DNA of 64,000 nucleotides from Eubacteriales bacterium (GTDB taxonomy: Bacteria; Bacillota; Clostridia; Oscillospirales; CAG-272). The position numbers and the translations under genes are program-made. How positions within the stretch are numbered: the first letter of the stretch is position 1; every line of letters starts with the position of its first letter. A model generated the notes under the pieces. It saw only the letters and a list, made by a program, of their open reading frames with translations. It was not told where the DNA came from and made no database searches. Of this stretch, positions 8,296 through 16,637 are shown in pieces. The stretch lies in assembly GCA_045658925.1 (NCBI GenBank), contig JAZOVV010000072.1, positions 17,280 through 81,279 on the forward strand. The letters are read 5' to 3'.

Positions 8296-9651
8296 ATGTT
8301 TTACGAAGAATTTTCGGGCGCTTTCTCCGAAGGTGGAAGCTCGCAGGTTTTGTTCGGCTTGGCACTCGCCCTGTTTATGGGACTTTTGCTCTCGCGTATT
8401 ATGAAGCCACTCGGTCTCCCTGCCGTTACGGGATACTTGATTGCGGGCGTGCTCATTGGCCCTCATTGCCTTGGCAAACTCGGCATTACAGGTGTTCTCT
8501 CCAATGAAGAAACCTTAACAGGCACGGGCGCTATCGTTCAAGACGTCGCCCTCGGCTTTATCGCATTTGCCATCGGTTCGGAATTTAAACTCTCCTCGCT
8601 CAAAAAGACGGGACGTCAAGCCGCTATCGTTGGTTGCGCGCAAGCAATTATCACAATGCTTGTGGTTGACGGTGCGCTGATTGGTCTGCATTTTATCCTC
8701 GGTGAAGAGGTACTCCCCCTCTCTGTTGCCATCACGCTCGGTGCTATCGCGACAGCGACCGCTCCCGCGGCGACAATGATGGTCGTTAAGCAGTATAAGG
8801 CAAAGGGCCCCTTGACCAGCCTCTTGCTCCCCGTTGTTGCGCTCGACGACGCAGTCGGTCTTGTATGCTTTGCGATTTCGATGGGCGTGGCACAGGCACT
8901 TGAAAACGGTGCGGCAGCCGTTGGTATCGTTTCCCTTTTAATCAATCCCCTTATTGAAGTAACGCTTTCTTTGGTTCTCGGCGCATTGACGGGTTGGGTG
9001 CTTTCGATTGTGGAAGACCACTTCCAATCCAACAGTAAGCGTCTTTGCTTGACCTTGACCTTTGTTCTTTTAACAGTTGCTCTGGCACAGATGGAATTCC
9101 ACCTGCCCCTTGGCATCGAGATTGCATTCTCGAACCTCTTGGTTTGTATGATGATGGGCACGCTCTTCTGCAACATTTGCGACAGCGCAGATGAATTGAT
9201 GGAAAAAACCGACAAATGGACGATGCCCGTGCTCATTCTCTTCTTCGTTTTCAGCGGTGCAGAGCTCGATTTGAGCATTTTTGAGACACCGATTATCATT
9301 CTCATCGGTGCGGTTTACGTACTCTTCCGTGCGCTCGGTAAATACATTGGTGCGGCGGCAAGCGCAAAGGTTTCGGGATGTGACAATTCTATTGTGAAAT
9401 ACCTCGGCGTTACCCTCTTCCCGCAAGCGGGTGTTGCTCTTGGAATGTCTGCCATCGCAGGCGCGCTCCTTGCCGACGGTTACATCGTAAGAAATATCGT
9501 TCTCTTTGGTGTGTTGGTTTACGAGCTTGTAGGCCCGATGCTGACAAAAATCGCCCTGACCAAAGCAGGTGACATCGTTCCCAAAGAAGAAGCACACGTT
9601 CATCACACTTTGGCGGAAGTATTTGCAGACGACGTGGATGACGATGAATAA
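8296..9651 (+). CDS. cation:proton antiporter (Na+/H+ exchanger family, CPA-type)
   Basis: 451 aa, about 12 hydrophobic segments. LPAVTGYLIAGVLIGPHCLG N-terminal signature. Confidence 0.8.
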   Translation: MFYEEFSGAFSEGGSSQVLFGLALALFMGLLLSRIMKPLGLPAVTGYLIAGVLIGPHCLGKLGITGVLSNEETLTGTGAIVQDVALGFIAFAIGSEFKLSSLKKTGRQAAIVGCAQAIITMLVVDGALIGLHFILGEEVLPLSVAITLGAIATATAPAATMMVVKQYKAKGPLTSLLLPVVALDDAVGLVCFAISMGVAQALENGAAAVGIVSLLINPLIEVTLSLVLGALTGWVLSIVEDHFQSNSKRLCLTLTFVLLTVALAQMEFHLPLGIEIAFSNLLVCMMMGTLFCNICDSADELMEKTDKWTMPVLILFFVFSGAELDLSIFETPIIILIGAVYVLFRALGKYIGAAASAKVSGCDNSIVKYLGVTLFPQAGVALGMSAIAGALLADGYIVRNIVLFGVLVYELVGPMLTKIALTKAGDIVPKEEAHVHHTLAEVFADDVDDDE

Positions 9652-9666
9652 AATTTGATATAGAAA

Positions 9667-9700
9667 AAGAACACCGTTCAATGAAGAGCGGTGTTCTTTT
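9667..9700 (+). terminator. intrinsic terminator after the antiporter gene
   Basis: Stem AAGAACACCG/CGGTGTTCTT followed by TTGG. Confidence 0.6.
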
Positions 9701-9717
9701 GGTGTATAAGACATCTT

Positions 9718-10290
9718 TTAGTCTTTGCAATAGTATTTACCCTCCATCAGGTCGAAATCATCCTGTACAATATCGAAGTAATGCTTTGGGAAACATTTTG
9801 CAATTTGGATTTTCCCATTTTCTTCGCATACCAAAAGATAGAAAATATCCCCTTTTTCTTGGCATCGCAAGGATAGTTCTTCAATTTGCAAATCGCGAAA
9901 GCTTTGTTCTTTTTCCGAGTGAATTTCGATGGTCGGATAAATGTTTTTGGAAAATGTATATTTTCCGTATGTTCCAAACGTGTAAATGTAATGGTGAGAG
10001 CTCATCGAATTTCTGCTTAAACGAAGTCTCTTTCTAATGTGAACGACCTCATCTTCAACCAAATAACATTTGTCCGTGGGAATGTTTTTGATTTTTGGAC
10101 CGAGCTCGCGAATTCTCCAAGCCAAATATAGCAAAGCAATAACCGCTCCGCAGATCACAATTACTGTGTTTTTTGTGAGAGACCACAACACCAAAACAGC
10201 AAAAACAGAAACTAAAATAAGATACAGAATTCTCGATTTATAAAAATTTTTTATAAAATGCAAGCAAACTTCTCGCGTGATTTTTTTCAT
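9718..10290 (-). CDS. hypothetical membrane-anchored protein (2 TM + soluble domain), AT-rich gene
   Basis: 190-aa ORF. Two hydrophobic segments near the N-terminus. No recognisable family. Visibly more AT-rich than its neighbours. Confidence 0.55.
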   Translation of the reverse strand: MKKITREVCLHFIKNFYKSRILYLILVSVFAVLVLWSLTKNTVIVICGAVIALLYLAWRIRELGPKIKNIPTDKCYLVEDEVVHIRKRLRLSRNSMSSHHYIYTFGTYGKYTFSKNIYPTIEIHSEKEQSFRDLQIEELSLRCQEKGDIFYLLVCEENGKIQIAKCFPKHYFDIVQDDFDLMEGKYYCKD

Positions 10291-10343
10291 TTTCCCCCTG
10301 CCTTTCGTGATTTTTGATTTCGCGTCCTTATTTTACCACGTCA

Positions 10344-10465
10344 TTTTTGTTAGAGAGTTTTTTGGAAAGGGTGCGGGAAAACGCATAATATTTCGCTTGC
10401 GAAATATTATCGCAGCAGCGAAACGCTGCGATGTTTTTCTCTCAAAAAAGGTTTTCCCGCATTCC
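10344..10465. repeat. type-2 REP-like element with a ~50-bp nested double-hairpin insertion
   Basis: TTTTTGTTAGAGAG..GGAAAGGGTGCGGGAAAACGC [AATATTTCG-CTTG-CGAAATATT][ATCGCAGC-..-GCTGCGAT] ..GGTTTTCCCGC. The flanks match 7393-7462. Confidence 0.8.
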
Positions 10466-10477
10466 TGTTCAAAAAAA

Positions 10478-11293
10478 TCAAACCAATTGGTCTGCTCTCA
10501 AGCGCAAGCGTCCCTTTTTGGTCTCACCGTCAAAGGAGCGCAGGATGAAGCGTCCGTAACCACGCACAGAGACCGTAATAGGGGGCTCAAGAATGGTGTC
10601 GACACGTTCCTCGGGTTCGAAGTCGACCTCGACGAGACCGCTCCGCACGGCGCTTTGTGCCGCCTCTCGTGAGAGGTTGCAGAGTGCGGCAACCACGCAG
10701 TCAAGACGCGGAGATGCCACCGTATCACTGATAGGACGGTACTTTTTGCCATCGGTAAAAGTTTCATCGATAATACACTCGGCACAACGTACGGTATCCG
10801 AGCCTACCTTTGTCAATTCTGTCATCAAAAACGCACCAATCGTGCGCGGACAAAAGAGGATGGCGCGGTGCTCGTCTTGCACGGCAACGTCGCCAATGGC
10901 ATCTCGCTCGATACCAAGCCCCAAGACCGCTCCGAGATAGTCTCGGTGCGTCAGCTTGCGAAATCCGCTGCCCTTGATGGAAATCGACATCACCGCATCC
11001 GCCATTTCATCGGCAAGGTATTCCCCAAGGACGGTGTAACGTTCAAGCTCGTCGTCGGGCAGAATTGCCACGAGATATTCGGGTAAAAGGAAAAGGCAGG
11101 TTCGCTCGGCAGTTTTGTGACCGCCCCAAAACCAATAGGCACCCTTCATTCCGCGCGCGTCTAACATCCGCTCGGCACGGCGACGCTGACGCATCGTCAA
11201 AAACGGAATGTGCGCCACGCTCCCCGAGGCACTTTTGCGGATGGCATCCTCGAGCCGCGCTTCAAACAGGTCGCGCGTACTCTCCCCTGCCAT
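10478..11293 (-). CDS. ylmH: YlmH-like RNA-binding S4-domain protein (division cluster)
   Basis: Trimmed to the ATG at 11293 (MAGESTRDLF...), which overlaps the yggT stop (TGATG). C-terminal S4-like segment. Synteny is ylmE-sepF-ylmG-ylmH. Confidence 0.75.
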   Translation of the reverse strand: MAGESTRDLFEARLEDAIRKSASGSVAHIPFLTMRQRRRAERMLDARGMKGAYWFWGGHKTAERTCLFLLPEYLVAILPDDELERYTVLGEYLADEMADAVMSISIKGSGFRKLTHRDYLGAVLGLGIERDAIGDVAVQDEHRAILFCPRTIGAFLMTELTKVGSDTVRCAECIIDETFTDGKKYRPISDTVASPRLDCVVAALCNLSREAAQSAVRSGLVEVDFEPEERVDTILEPPITVSVRGYGRFILRSFDGETKKGRLRLRADQLV

Positions 11294-11571
11294 CAGAGCA
11301 GAACCTCCAGAAGCGTTTGCAGAAGCATAATAGAAATCATCGCAAAGAAAAACGGCATATCCAAGGGTGAGCCCACAAACCAATTCAGCTTTTCAAACAG
11401 CTTGCGGAAGGGCAGGATAATCGGCTCGGTGATGGCATACAAAAAGGAAGACAGGGGGCCATCTCCCATCGGATCGATCCAAGAAAGAATAGCTCTGCCG
11501 AGCATTGCAAAATCCAAAACGCTCAAAATTGCCAAGGCAATATTTTTGATGAGATTGACTACGTATAACAT
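11293..11571 (-). CDS. yggT: YggT/YlmG family membrane protein
   Basis: 92 aa, two hydrophobic halves, sits downstream of sepF. Confidence 0.8.
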   Translation of the reverse strand: MLYVVNLIKNIALAILSVLDFAMLGRAILSWIDPMGDGPLSSFLYAITEPIILPFRKLFEKLNWFVGSPLDMPFFFAMISIMLLQTLLEVLL

Positions 11572-11597
11572 AGGGTTCTCCTTTAAAAAATCAATGC

Positions 11598-11630
11598 AAA
11601 AGGCTGTTACGCAAATCGCAACAGCCTTTT
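11598..11630 (-). terminator. hairpin + T-run between sepF and yggT
   Basis: Stem AAAAGGCTGTT/AACAGCCTTTT, then TTTTGCATTGATTTTTT on the minus strand. Confidence 0.5.
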
Positions 11631-11646
11631 ATGCGCAAACGTACGC

Positions 11647-12159
11647 TTATACCTCTTCTACAACCTCTTCGTACTCTTCAACTGCTTCCTCGGGAGCGGT
11701 CTCCTGTACGGGCTCCTCTGCGGGTGCTTCAGCCTCGGGAGCGAAGCCGGAAATATCTACGCCGGAGGGAGAGATAACGATGGTGTTCTTGTTGGTTCTG
11801 ATCATTTCGCCACCGAGAACGTATGCAACACCGGAGAGGAAGTCTACCAAGCGGTGTGCTTGCTCTTTGGTCAAACGGCTGATATCGAGAAGAACGATGC
11901 AACCCTCTTTGAGCTTATCGGCAATTTTGGTTGCCTCGATGTGGCTCTTGGGTTGGAGCAGCTTAAGAGATACCTTTTCTGCTGCGCTTGCAGAACGGAA
12001 TTCAGGCTCCTTGCGTGCGGGATTTTCAAGTGCCGCAACACTGTTCTCTGTTTCGTCGGGGATTTGAATATCCTCGGGCATTACGTAAAGCTCGTTCTCG
12101 TCGTAGCTTTCGTCAAAATCCGCATTGTCATTGCGAACAAATCTTTTCAGTAAATTCAT
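11647..12159 (-). CDS. sepF: cell division protein SepF
   Basis: 170 aa. The conserved C-terminal half reads ...IADKLKEGCIVLLDISRLTKEQAHRLVDFLSGVAYVLGG.... Confidence 0.9.
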   Translation of the reverse strand: MNLLKRFVRNDNADFDESYDENELYVMPEDIQIPDETENSVAALENPARKEPEFRSASAAEKVSLKLLQPKSHIEATKIADKLKEGCIVLLDISRLTKEQAHRLVDFLSGVAYVLGGEMIRTNKNTIVISPSGVDISGFAPEAEAPAEEPVQETAPEEAVEEYEEVVEEV

Positions 12160-12197
12160 TTTGTGCCTCCTATATGTTCCTCATACAAAATACTGAT

Positions 12198-12890
12198 TTA
12201 ATGCGGCGCAAAAAGTGCGCGCCCGACGCGAACGATATCCGCGCCCTCTTCGATAGCAACCTCAAAGCTATCGGACATTCCCATCGACAAAATGGGCCTA
12301 CCTATATTATGAAGGTTTTTTTGCCAAATGTCAAGACATAATTGAGAAGTTTTGCGAAAATATTTGCGATATTCTTCATTTTTTTCGCATTTTGGCGCCA
12401 TTGTCATAAATCCGCGCAAATTCAGGTGCGAAAATTGACCGAGAGCCTCACAAAACGCGGCGGCTTCGTCGGGGGAAATTCCGCTCTTATTTTCTTCCAT
12501 TCCGCTATTGATTTCTACCAAAACGTCCATTACAAGACCGTGCTTTGTGGCTTGTTTTTCGATTTCCTGTGCCAAAGATAGGCTATCCAAAGAGTGAATC
12601 ATTGATACCTTATCAATGATATACTTGACCTTGTTTTTTTGCAGGGTACCTATGAAATGCACGCGCAGGTTCTCGCGGTTGAGTGCATCCCAATGCTCGA
12701 GCAGCTGTTGCACGCGGTTCTCGCCAATGTCATTAACGCCAAGACTGTGCAAATAATTGATGTGGTCGGTATCGGTGTATTTGACAGCCGCCACAAGGGT
12801 GACCTCGCGTCCGCCACTGCGCTTTGCCGCTTCATCGATGCGTGCGCGAATGGCGGAAAGGTTCTCGTCAACGTATGAAAAAGCCATCAT
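12198..12890 (-). CDS. yggS: YggS/YlmE family pyridoxal-phosphate homeostasis protein
   Basis: 230 aa. VAAVKY..., IGENRVQ, HFIGTLQKNK motifs. Confidence 0.9.
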   Translation of the reverse strand: MMAFSYVDENLSAIRARIDEAAKRSGGREVTLVAAVKYTDTDHINYLHSLGVNDIGENRVQQLLEHWDALNRENLRVHFIGTLQKNKVKYIIDKVSMIHSLDSLSLAQEIEKQATKHGLVMDVLVEINSGMEENKSGISPDEAAAFCEALGQFSHLNLRGFMTMAPKCEKNEEYRKYFRKTSQLCLDIWQKNLHNIGRPILSMGMSDSFEVAIEEGADIVRVGRALFAPH

Positions 12891-14137
12891 CGATACACCT
12901 TCCCTTCATACAAATTGTTGCCGGAAACAATGAGAACGTCGTTTTCGTTCAAGGCTGTGAGCGACCCTTCACCGGGCAGTGCCGCAATGGCATAGCCCTC
13001 ACCGCGCCAAATGATGTCGGCTCGGCGGAAGCGTACGGTGCTTGCCTCAAATACGTAAACACCGGTCATTCCGTCCTTGGTAACGAGTGCGGTTTCGGGA
13101 ATGTAAAAGCCCTCACTCTCTCCTACGGTAATTTCGACCGTTTGCTTGCGATAGAACAGAAAATCATTGGGGTGGCTTTCGCAAACGAACACCGCCAACA
13201 CCGTATCTGTTCCTACGACCTTATCGGTCAAGGTAAGGGTTGCTTCGGCATCGTTATTTTCGGGGAAGGTGAAGCGATAGTTCCCATCCACACGAAAGCT
13301 CGCCGCCACAGAAAGCGGAAGCTCCAAGGCAAGATACCACTCATATCCGTAAACCAATTTGCCCACTGCTTGTCCCTCGGGAGTTGTAGGCTCGCTTTCG
13401 ACAAGCGCGTGCAAAGCATCGGGGGTCAAATTTTCCAACGCTTGCATTGTAAAAACGCTCTCAAAGCCGTCAACGTAGCCACTGTCAAAGAACAGTCCCG
13501 AGGACGTCTCGCTTTTGATTTCAACAGACGACGCTGTGCCGATAAGGCTTTCTTTTTCCTCTTTCAAAGAGGACAGATGCGCCTTTGTTTCGTCGGTCTC
13601 GCCCACCAAAGAAACGTAGCGGTTGAGCGCTATCAGGAGTTTTTCCTCAAGCGCGGGAATTCTGTCAAGCTTTCCCTCCTCTGCCGCCGCGCTGATTTCG
13701 CGGTAAAGAGAAATATATTCGGCGCGATATTTATTCGCCTCGGAAAGAGGCGTGCCCGGCTTTAGTTGACTACTTTCAAGAATACGAATGGTGCGGTTGA
13801 TGCGTGTCAGACGCAACTGCGCCGATGCAAGCTCTCCCCCCGTTTGGGAAGCAGACCACACCTTGGCAACTGACACGTTTTTGCCCACCTTGGTGCCGTT
13901 TTCGACAAGCGTATCCACAAGCCCTGCATTCTCGGTGGTAAGGACTTCCTCGTCGCGGAAGAGATACGCCTGGGCAGGCGTGATGCGTGTGTCGGTAATG
14001 CGGCGCACGGGCGTGGTGAGCACGTTGCCCATATTGAAGTTCATTGCGTGCGCAACGGTGTAGACGATAAGCCCCAGCATTGCAAAAATAACGGCGATGC
14101 GGAGCGCGTACTTTTGTAAGAATGCCTTGCGTGTCAT
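12887..14137 (-). CDS. HlyD-like (membrane-fusion-type) protein: N-terminal TM, coiled coil, beta-barrel end
   Basis: Trimmed to the ATG at 14137 (ATGA overlap with the miaA stop). Has an N-terminal TM, a long heptad-like region and a C-terminal beta-rich segment. Confidence 0.55.
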   Translation of the reverse strand: MTRKAFLQKYALRIAVIFAMLGLIVYTVAHAMNFNMGNVLTTPVRRITDTRITPAQAYLFRDEEVLTTENAGLVDTLVENGTKVGKNVSVAKVWSASQTGGELASAQLRLTRINRTIRILESSQLKPGTPLSEANKYRAEYISLYREISAAAEEGKLDRIPALEEKLLIALNRYVSLVGETDETKAHLSSLKEEKESLIGTASSVEIKSETSSGLFFDSGYVDGFESVFTMQALENLTPDALHALVESEPTTPEGQAVGKLVYGYEWYLALELPLSVAASFRVDGNYRFTFPENNDAEATLTLTDKVVGTDTVLAVFVCESHPNDFLFYRKQTVEITVGESEGFYIPETALVTKDGMTGVYVFEASTVRFRRADIIWRGEGYAIAALPGEGSLTALNENDVLIVSGNNLYEGKVYR

Positions 14138-15102
14138 ACTCTCTCCCCCTCTCCGTGGAAGCGAGAGATAATCTCGTTGCAAATATCGTCAAGAGAGCGA
14201 GGCGCCCCCTCTTTTTCCATTTCTATCCACTGGACGTAGGGCTTTGCCGAGAACCAAGTCAGCTGGCGCTTGGCATAGCGACGGGTGGCGGTTTTGAGGT
14301 TTTCGGTTGCCTCTGCAAGCGTTTCGCACCCCTCGAGATAACCGAGCAGCTCCTTGTAGCCAATCGCCTGCGCGGCAGTGAGATTGACGTCAAACACGCC
14401 CTCGTCCTTGAGTTGCTTGGTCTCTTCCAAGAGCCCATCTTCAATCATCATATCCACGCGACGGTTGATGCGCTCGTAGAGCACCTCGCGGCGCGGATAG
14501 TGCAGGCCGATAACAACCGCCTCATAGGGAGACTCGCCCACCTGCGAGCGGCGGTCGAATTCACTTTTGGGAATGCCCGTTTGCTCATAAATTTCGAGCG
14601 CGCGAACCACACGCTTGACGTTGTTGGGGTGTATTGCCTCGGCACTTTCGGGGTCGACCTCACGCAGGCGCGCGTGAAGCGCCTCGACACCTTCTTTTTC
14701 GGCAAAAGCAAACAATGCCTCGCGCAAGCCTTCATCTGCGTGGGTTTCTTCCATTTCGCCGCACAAAAAACGGTCGAGATAAAGTCCCGTTCCACCGCAA
14801 AGAATGGGCAATTTGCCACGCGCCCAAATATCCTTTACTACCTCGCTTGCCTTCGTTACGTACTCGGCACAGGAGAAAGGAGCATCGGGTTCAACTGCAT
14901 CGATAAGATGATGCGCAATGCCGCACTTTTCTTCTTCGGTCGGCTTTGCCGTACCGACGTTCATACGGCGATAGACCTGCATCGAATCGCAGGAAACGAC
15001 CTCGCCACCAAGACGCTTGGCAAGCTCGACCGAGACCGCTGTTTTTCCGCTTGCCGTAGGGCCTACTACGGCAAGAATTTTGATTTTCTGTTCAGTTGCC
15101 AT
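14134..15102 (-). CDS. miaA: tRNA dimethylallyltransferase
   Basis: Trimmed to the ATG at 15102 (AAGGGAGGGA RBS). GPTASGKT P-loop and conserved MiaA body. Confidence 0.92.
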   Translation of the reverse strand: MATEQKIKILAVVGPTASGKTAVSVELAKRLGGEVVSCDSMQVYRRMNVGTAKPTEEEKCGIAHHLIDAVEPDAPFSCAEYVTKASEVVKDIWARGKLPILCGGTGLYLDRFLCGEMEETHADEGLREALFAFAEKEGVEALHARLREVDPESAEAIHPNNVKRVVRALEIYEQTGIPKSEFDRRSQVGESPYEAVVIGLHYPRREVLYERINRRVDMMIEDGLLEETKQLKDEGVFDVNLTAAQAIGYKELLGYLEGCETLAEATENLKTATRRYAKRQLTWFSAKPYVQWIEMEKEGAPRSLDDICNEIISRFHGEGERV

Positions 15103-15124
15103 AGTTCCCTCCCTTAAGATTTGC

Positions 15125-15151
15125 AAAATGGGGCGCATACCACCCCATTTT
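15125..15151 (-). terminator. hairpin between the HAD gene and miaA (possible terminator)
   Basis: Stem AAAATGGGG/CCCCATTTT (9 bp). Confidence 0.4.
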
Positions 15152-15220
15152 ATCGTTTCTATGATATATTATACAATATTTTGGGGGCTTTGTCAAGAAA
15201 GTTTGCATCGACGGATGCAA

Positions 15221-15904
15221 TTATTTGGCATCGACGTACTCCAATGCATCAAACAAATTCTTCCCTTCGCCGAGATAAATATCGGATGCGGCAGAAAGGC
15301 GTTCGGGTGTAGTTTGATGACTGTCATAAACGCCAACGGTGATAAATCCCGCGCCCTTTGCCGTCTCGAGCGCAAGCGCGGAATCCTCAAACACGGCAGT
15401 CTTTTCGATAGGCGTTCCCAACACCTTACAAGCCGCCAAAAACACGTCGGGTTTCTCCTTACCCACACCGATATCCGAGCAGGAAATGATGGTTTCGGGT
15501 GTAAAAAATGCGGCAAGTCCCGAGCTCTCAAGAGCAATATCGAGATAGCGTCGGTCGGTGGCAGATGCGAGACAAACACGCACACCGCGCGCGCGCAAAG
15601 CGGTCAAAAGCTCTTTTGCGCCCGCCTTGGGGGTTACCACAGTGCGGTAAAAATTCTCCACGTACGCGGCGGCAAAGTCGTCGAATTCCTCGGCACTGCA
15701 CGGAATATTGAGGCAACCGTGAATATAGGAGATGGCGCGGCTGAAAATCATGGTGCGAACGTGACTGTCGAAATGCGCGGCATCCATACGGAATGTAGGG
15801 TCACCAAAATAACGCTCGCCCATATCCCTCCAAAAACAGTCCCAAAAAGACAAGGAATCGACAAGCGTGCCGTCCATATCAAAAATTGCGCCTTGAATTT
15901 TCAT
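15221..15904 (-). CDS. HAD-superfamily hydrolase (beta-phosphoglucomutase-like subfamily IA)
   Basis: Trimmed to the ATG at 15904 (GGGAAAGGGAGG RBS). DMDGTLVDS motif I and GVGKEKPD-type motif. Confidence 0.8.
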   Translation of the reverse strand: MKIQGAIFDMDGTLVDSLSFWDCFWRDMGERYFGDPTFRMDAAHFDSHVRTMIFSRAISYIHGCLNIPCSAEEFDDFAAAYVENFYRTVVTPKAGAKELLTALRARGVRVCLASATDRRYLDIALESSGLAAFFTPETIISCSDIGVGKEKPDVFLAACKVLGTPIEKTAVFEDSALALETAKGAGFITVGVYDSHQTTPERLSAASDIYLGEGKNLFDALEYVDAK

Positions 15905-15947
15905 AAGACCTCCCTTTCCCGCTTGCCCGGGGATTGTTTTCAATGAC

Positions 15948-15976
15948 ATTATAGCATTTTTTGAGAGATTTTGCAA
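15948..15976 (-). promoter_or_regulatory. promoter of the HAD-miaA transcription unit
   Basis: Minus strand TTGCAA, 17 nt spacer, (TGC)TATAAT. Confidence 0.6.
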
Positions 15977-15985
15977 GCAAAAGAA

Positions 15986-16018
15986 TAAGAAAAACCCCAA
16001 CGCCGTTTGACGTTGGGG
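15986..16018 (-). terminator. intrinsic terminator after the minus-strand XRE gene
   Basis: Stem CCCCAACG/CGTTGGGG followed on the minus strand by TTTTTCTTATTCTTTT. Confidence 0.65.
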
Positions 16019-16027
16019 AGATTTGTA

Positions 16028-16234
16028 TTACGGTTCTTCTGTCAGTCCGATAAAATAATCTGCGCTAACCTTGTAAAACTGACACAATTTGATGAGGTCA
16101 TCAATTTTCAATTCCGCTCTGCCATCTTCAATATGACCGTATCCTTGTTGAGATTTGTTGATGATGACACCTACCTCTTTTTGCGTTAAATCATTGTCCT
16201 CGCGTAAATTTCTCATTCTTATACGATAATTCAT
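16028..16234 (-). CDS. XRE-family helix-turn-helix transcriptional regulator (68 aa)
   Basis: HTH_3 pattern ...LREDNDLTQKEVGVIINKSQQGYGHIEDG.... Confidence 0.85.
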   Translation of the reverse strand: MNYRIRMRNLREDNDLTQKEVGVIINKSQQGYGHIEDGRAELKIDDLIKLCQFYKVSADYFIGLTEEP

Positions 16235-16269
16235 ACTCTACTCCTTATTGCAAGCTACACAAAAAGTTT

Positions 16270-16319
16270 ATCATACTCATATTTTGAGTATTGACAAATA
16301 CTCAAAAATTGAGTATAAT
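16270..16319. promoter_or_regulatory. back-to-back promoters with three overlapping GAGTAT/ATACTC operators
   Basis: Plus strand: TTGACA (16291-96), 17 nt spacer, TATAAT (16314-19). Minus strand: TTGTCA, 16 nt spacer, TATGAT (16270-75). Half-sites lie at 16273-78, 16286-91, 16298-303 and 16311-16. Confidence 0.7.
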
Positions 16320-16360
16320 GGTAGTGTGGGAGTTTTCAATGTAATTTAACGGAGGTAAAA

Positions 16361-16576
16361 ATGTTCTGTTCCAAATACAAAAAAGTCATTATTTCACAAA
16401 AAATAAAAGAATTTCGATGCAAAAATCACTTAACACAAAGACAATTTGCGGATTTGCTTGGCATAACTGCGCAATCTGTATCTAAATGGGAATGCGAAAT
16501 TTGCTATCCGGATATCACTTTTTTGCCCGTGCTTGCCGAAGCTGTTGGGTGCTTGATTGATGATTTTTTTGCTTGA
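16361..16576 (+). CDS. XRE-family helix-turn-helix transcriptional regulator (71 aa)
   Basis: HTH_3 pattern ...CKNHLTQRQFADLLGITAQSVSKWE.... RBS GGAGGT. Confidence 0.85.
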   Translation: MFCSKYKKVIISQKIKEFRCKNHLTQRQFADLLGITAQSVSKWECEICYPDITFLPVLAEAVGCLIDDFFA

Positions 16577-16586
16577 ATACAGAAAT

Positions 16587-16628
16587 AAAACGCCATCGCT
16601 CATATAGAGTGATGGCGTTTTATTTTTT
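16587..16628. terminator. bidirectional intrinsic terminator
   Basis: Stem AAAACGCCATC/GATGGCGTTTT with T-runs on both strands. Lies between convergent genes. Confidence 0.7.
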
Positions 16629-16637
16629 GTTTGTTTA

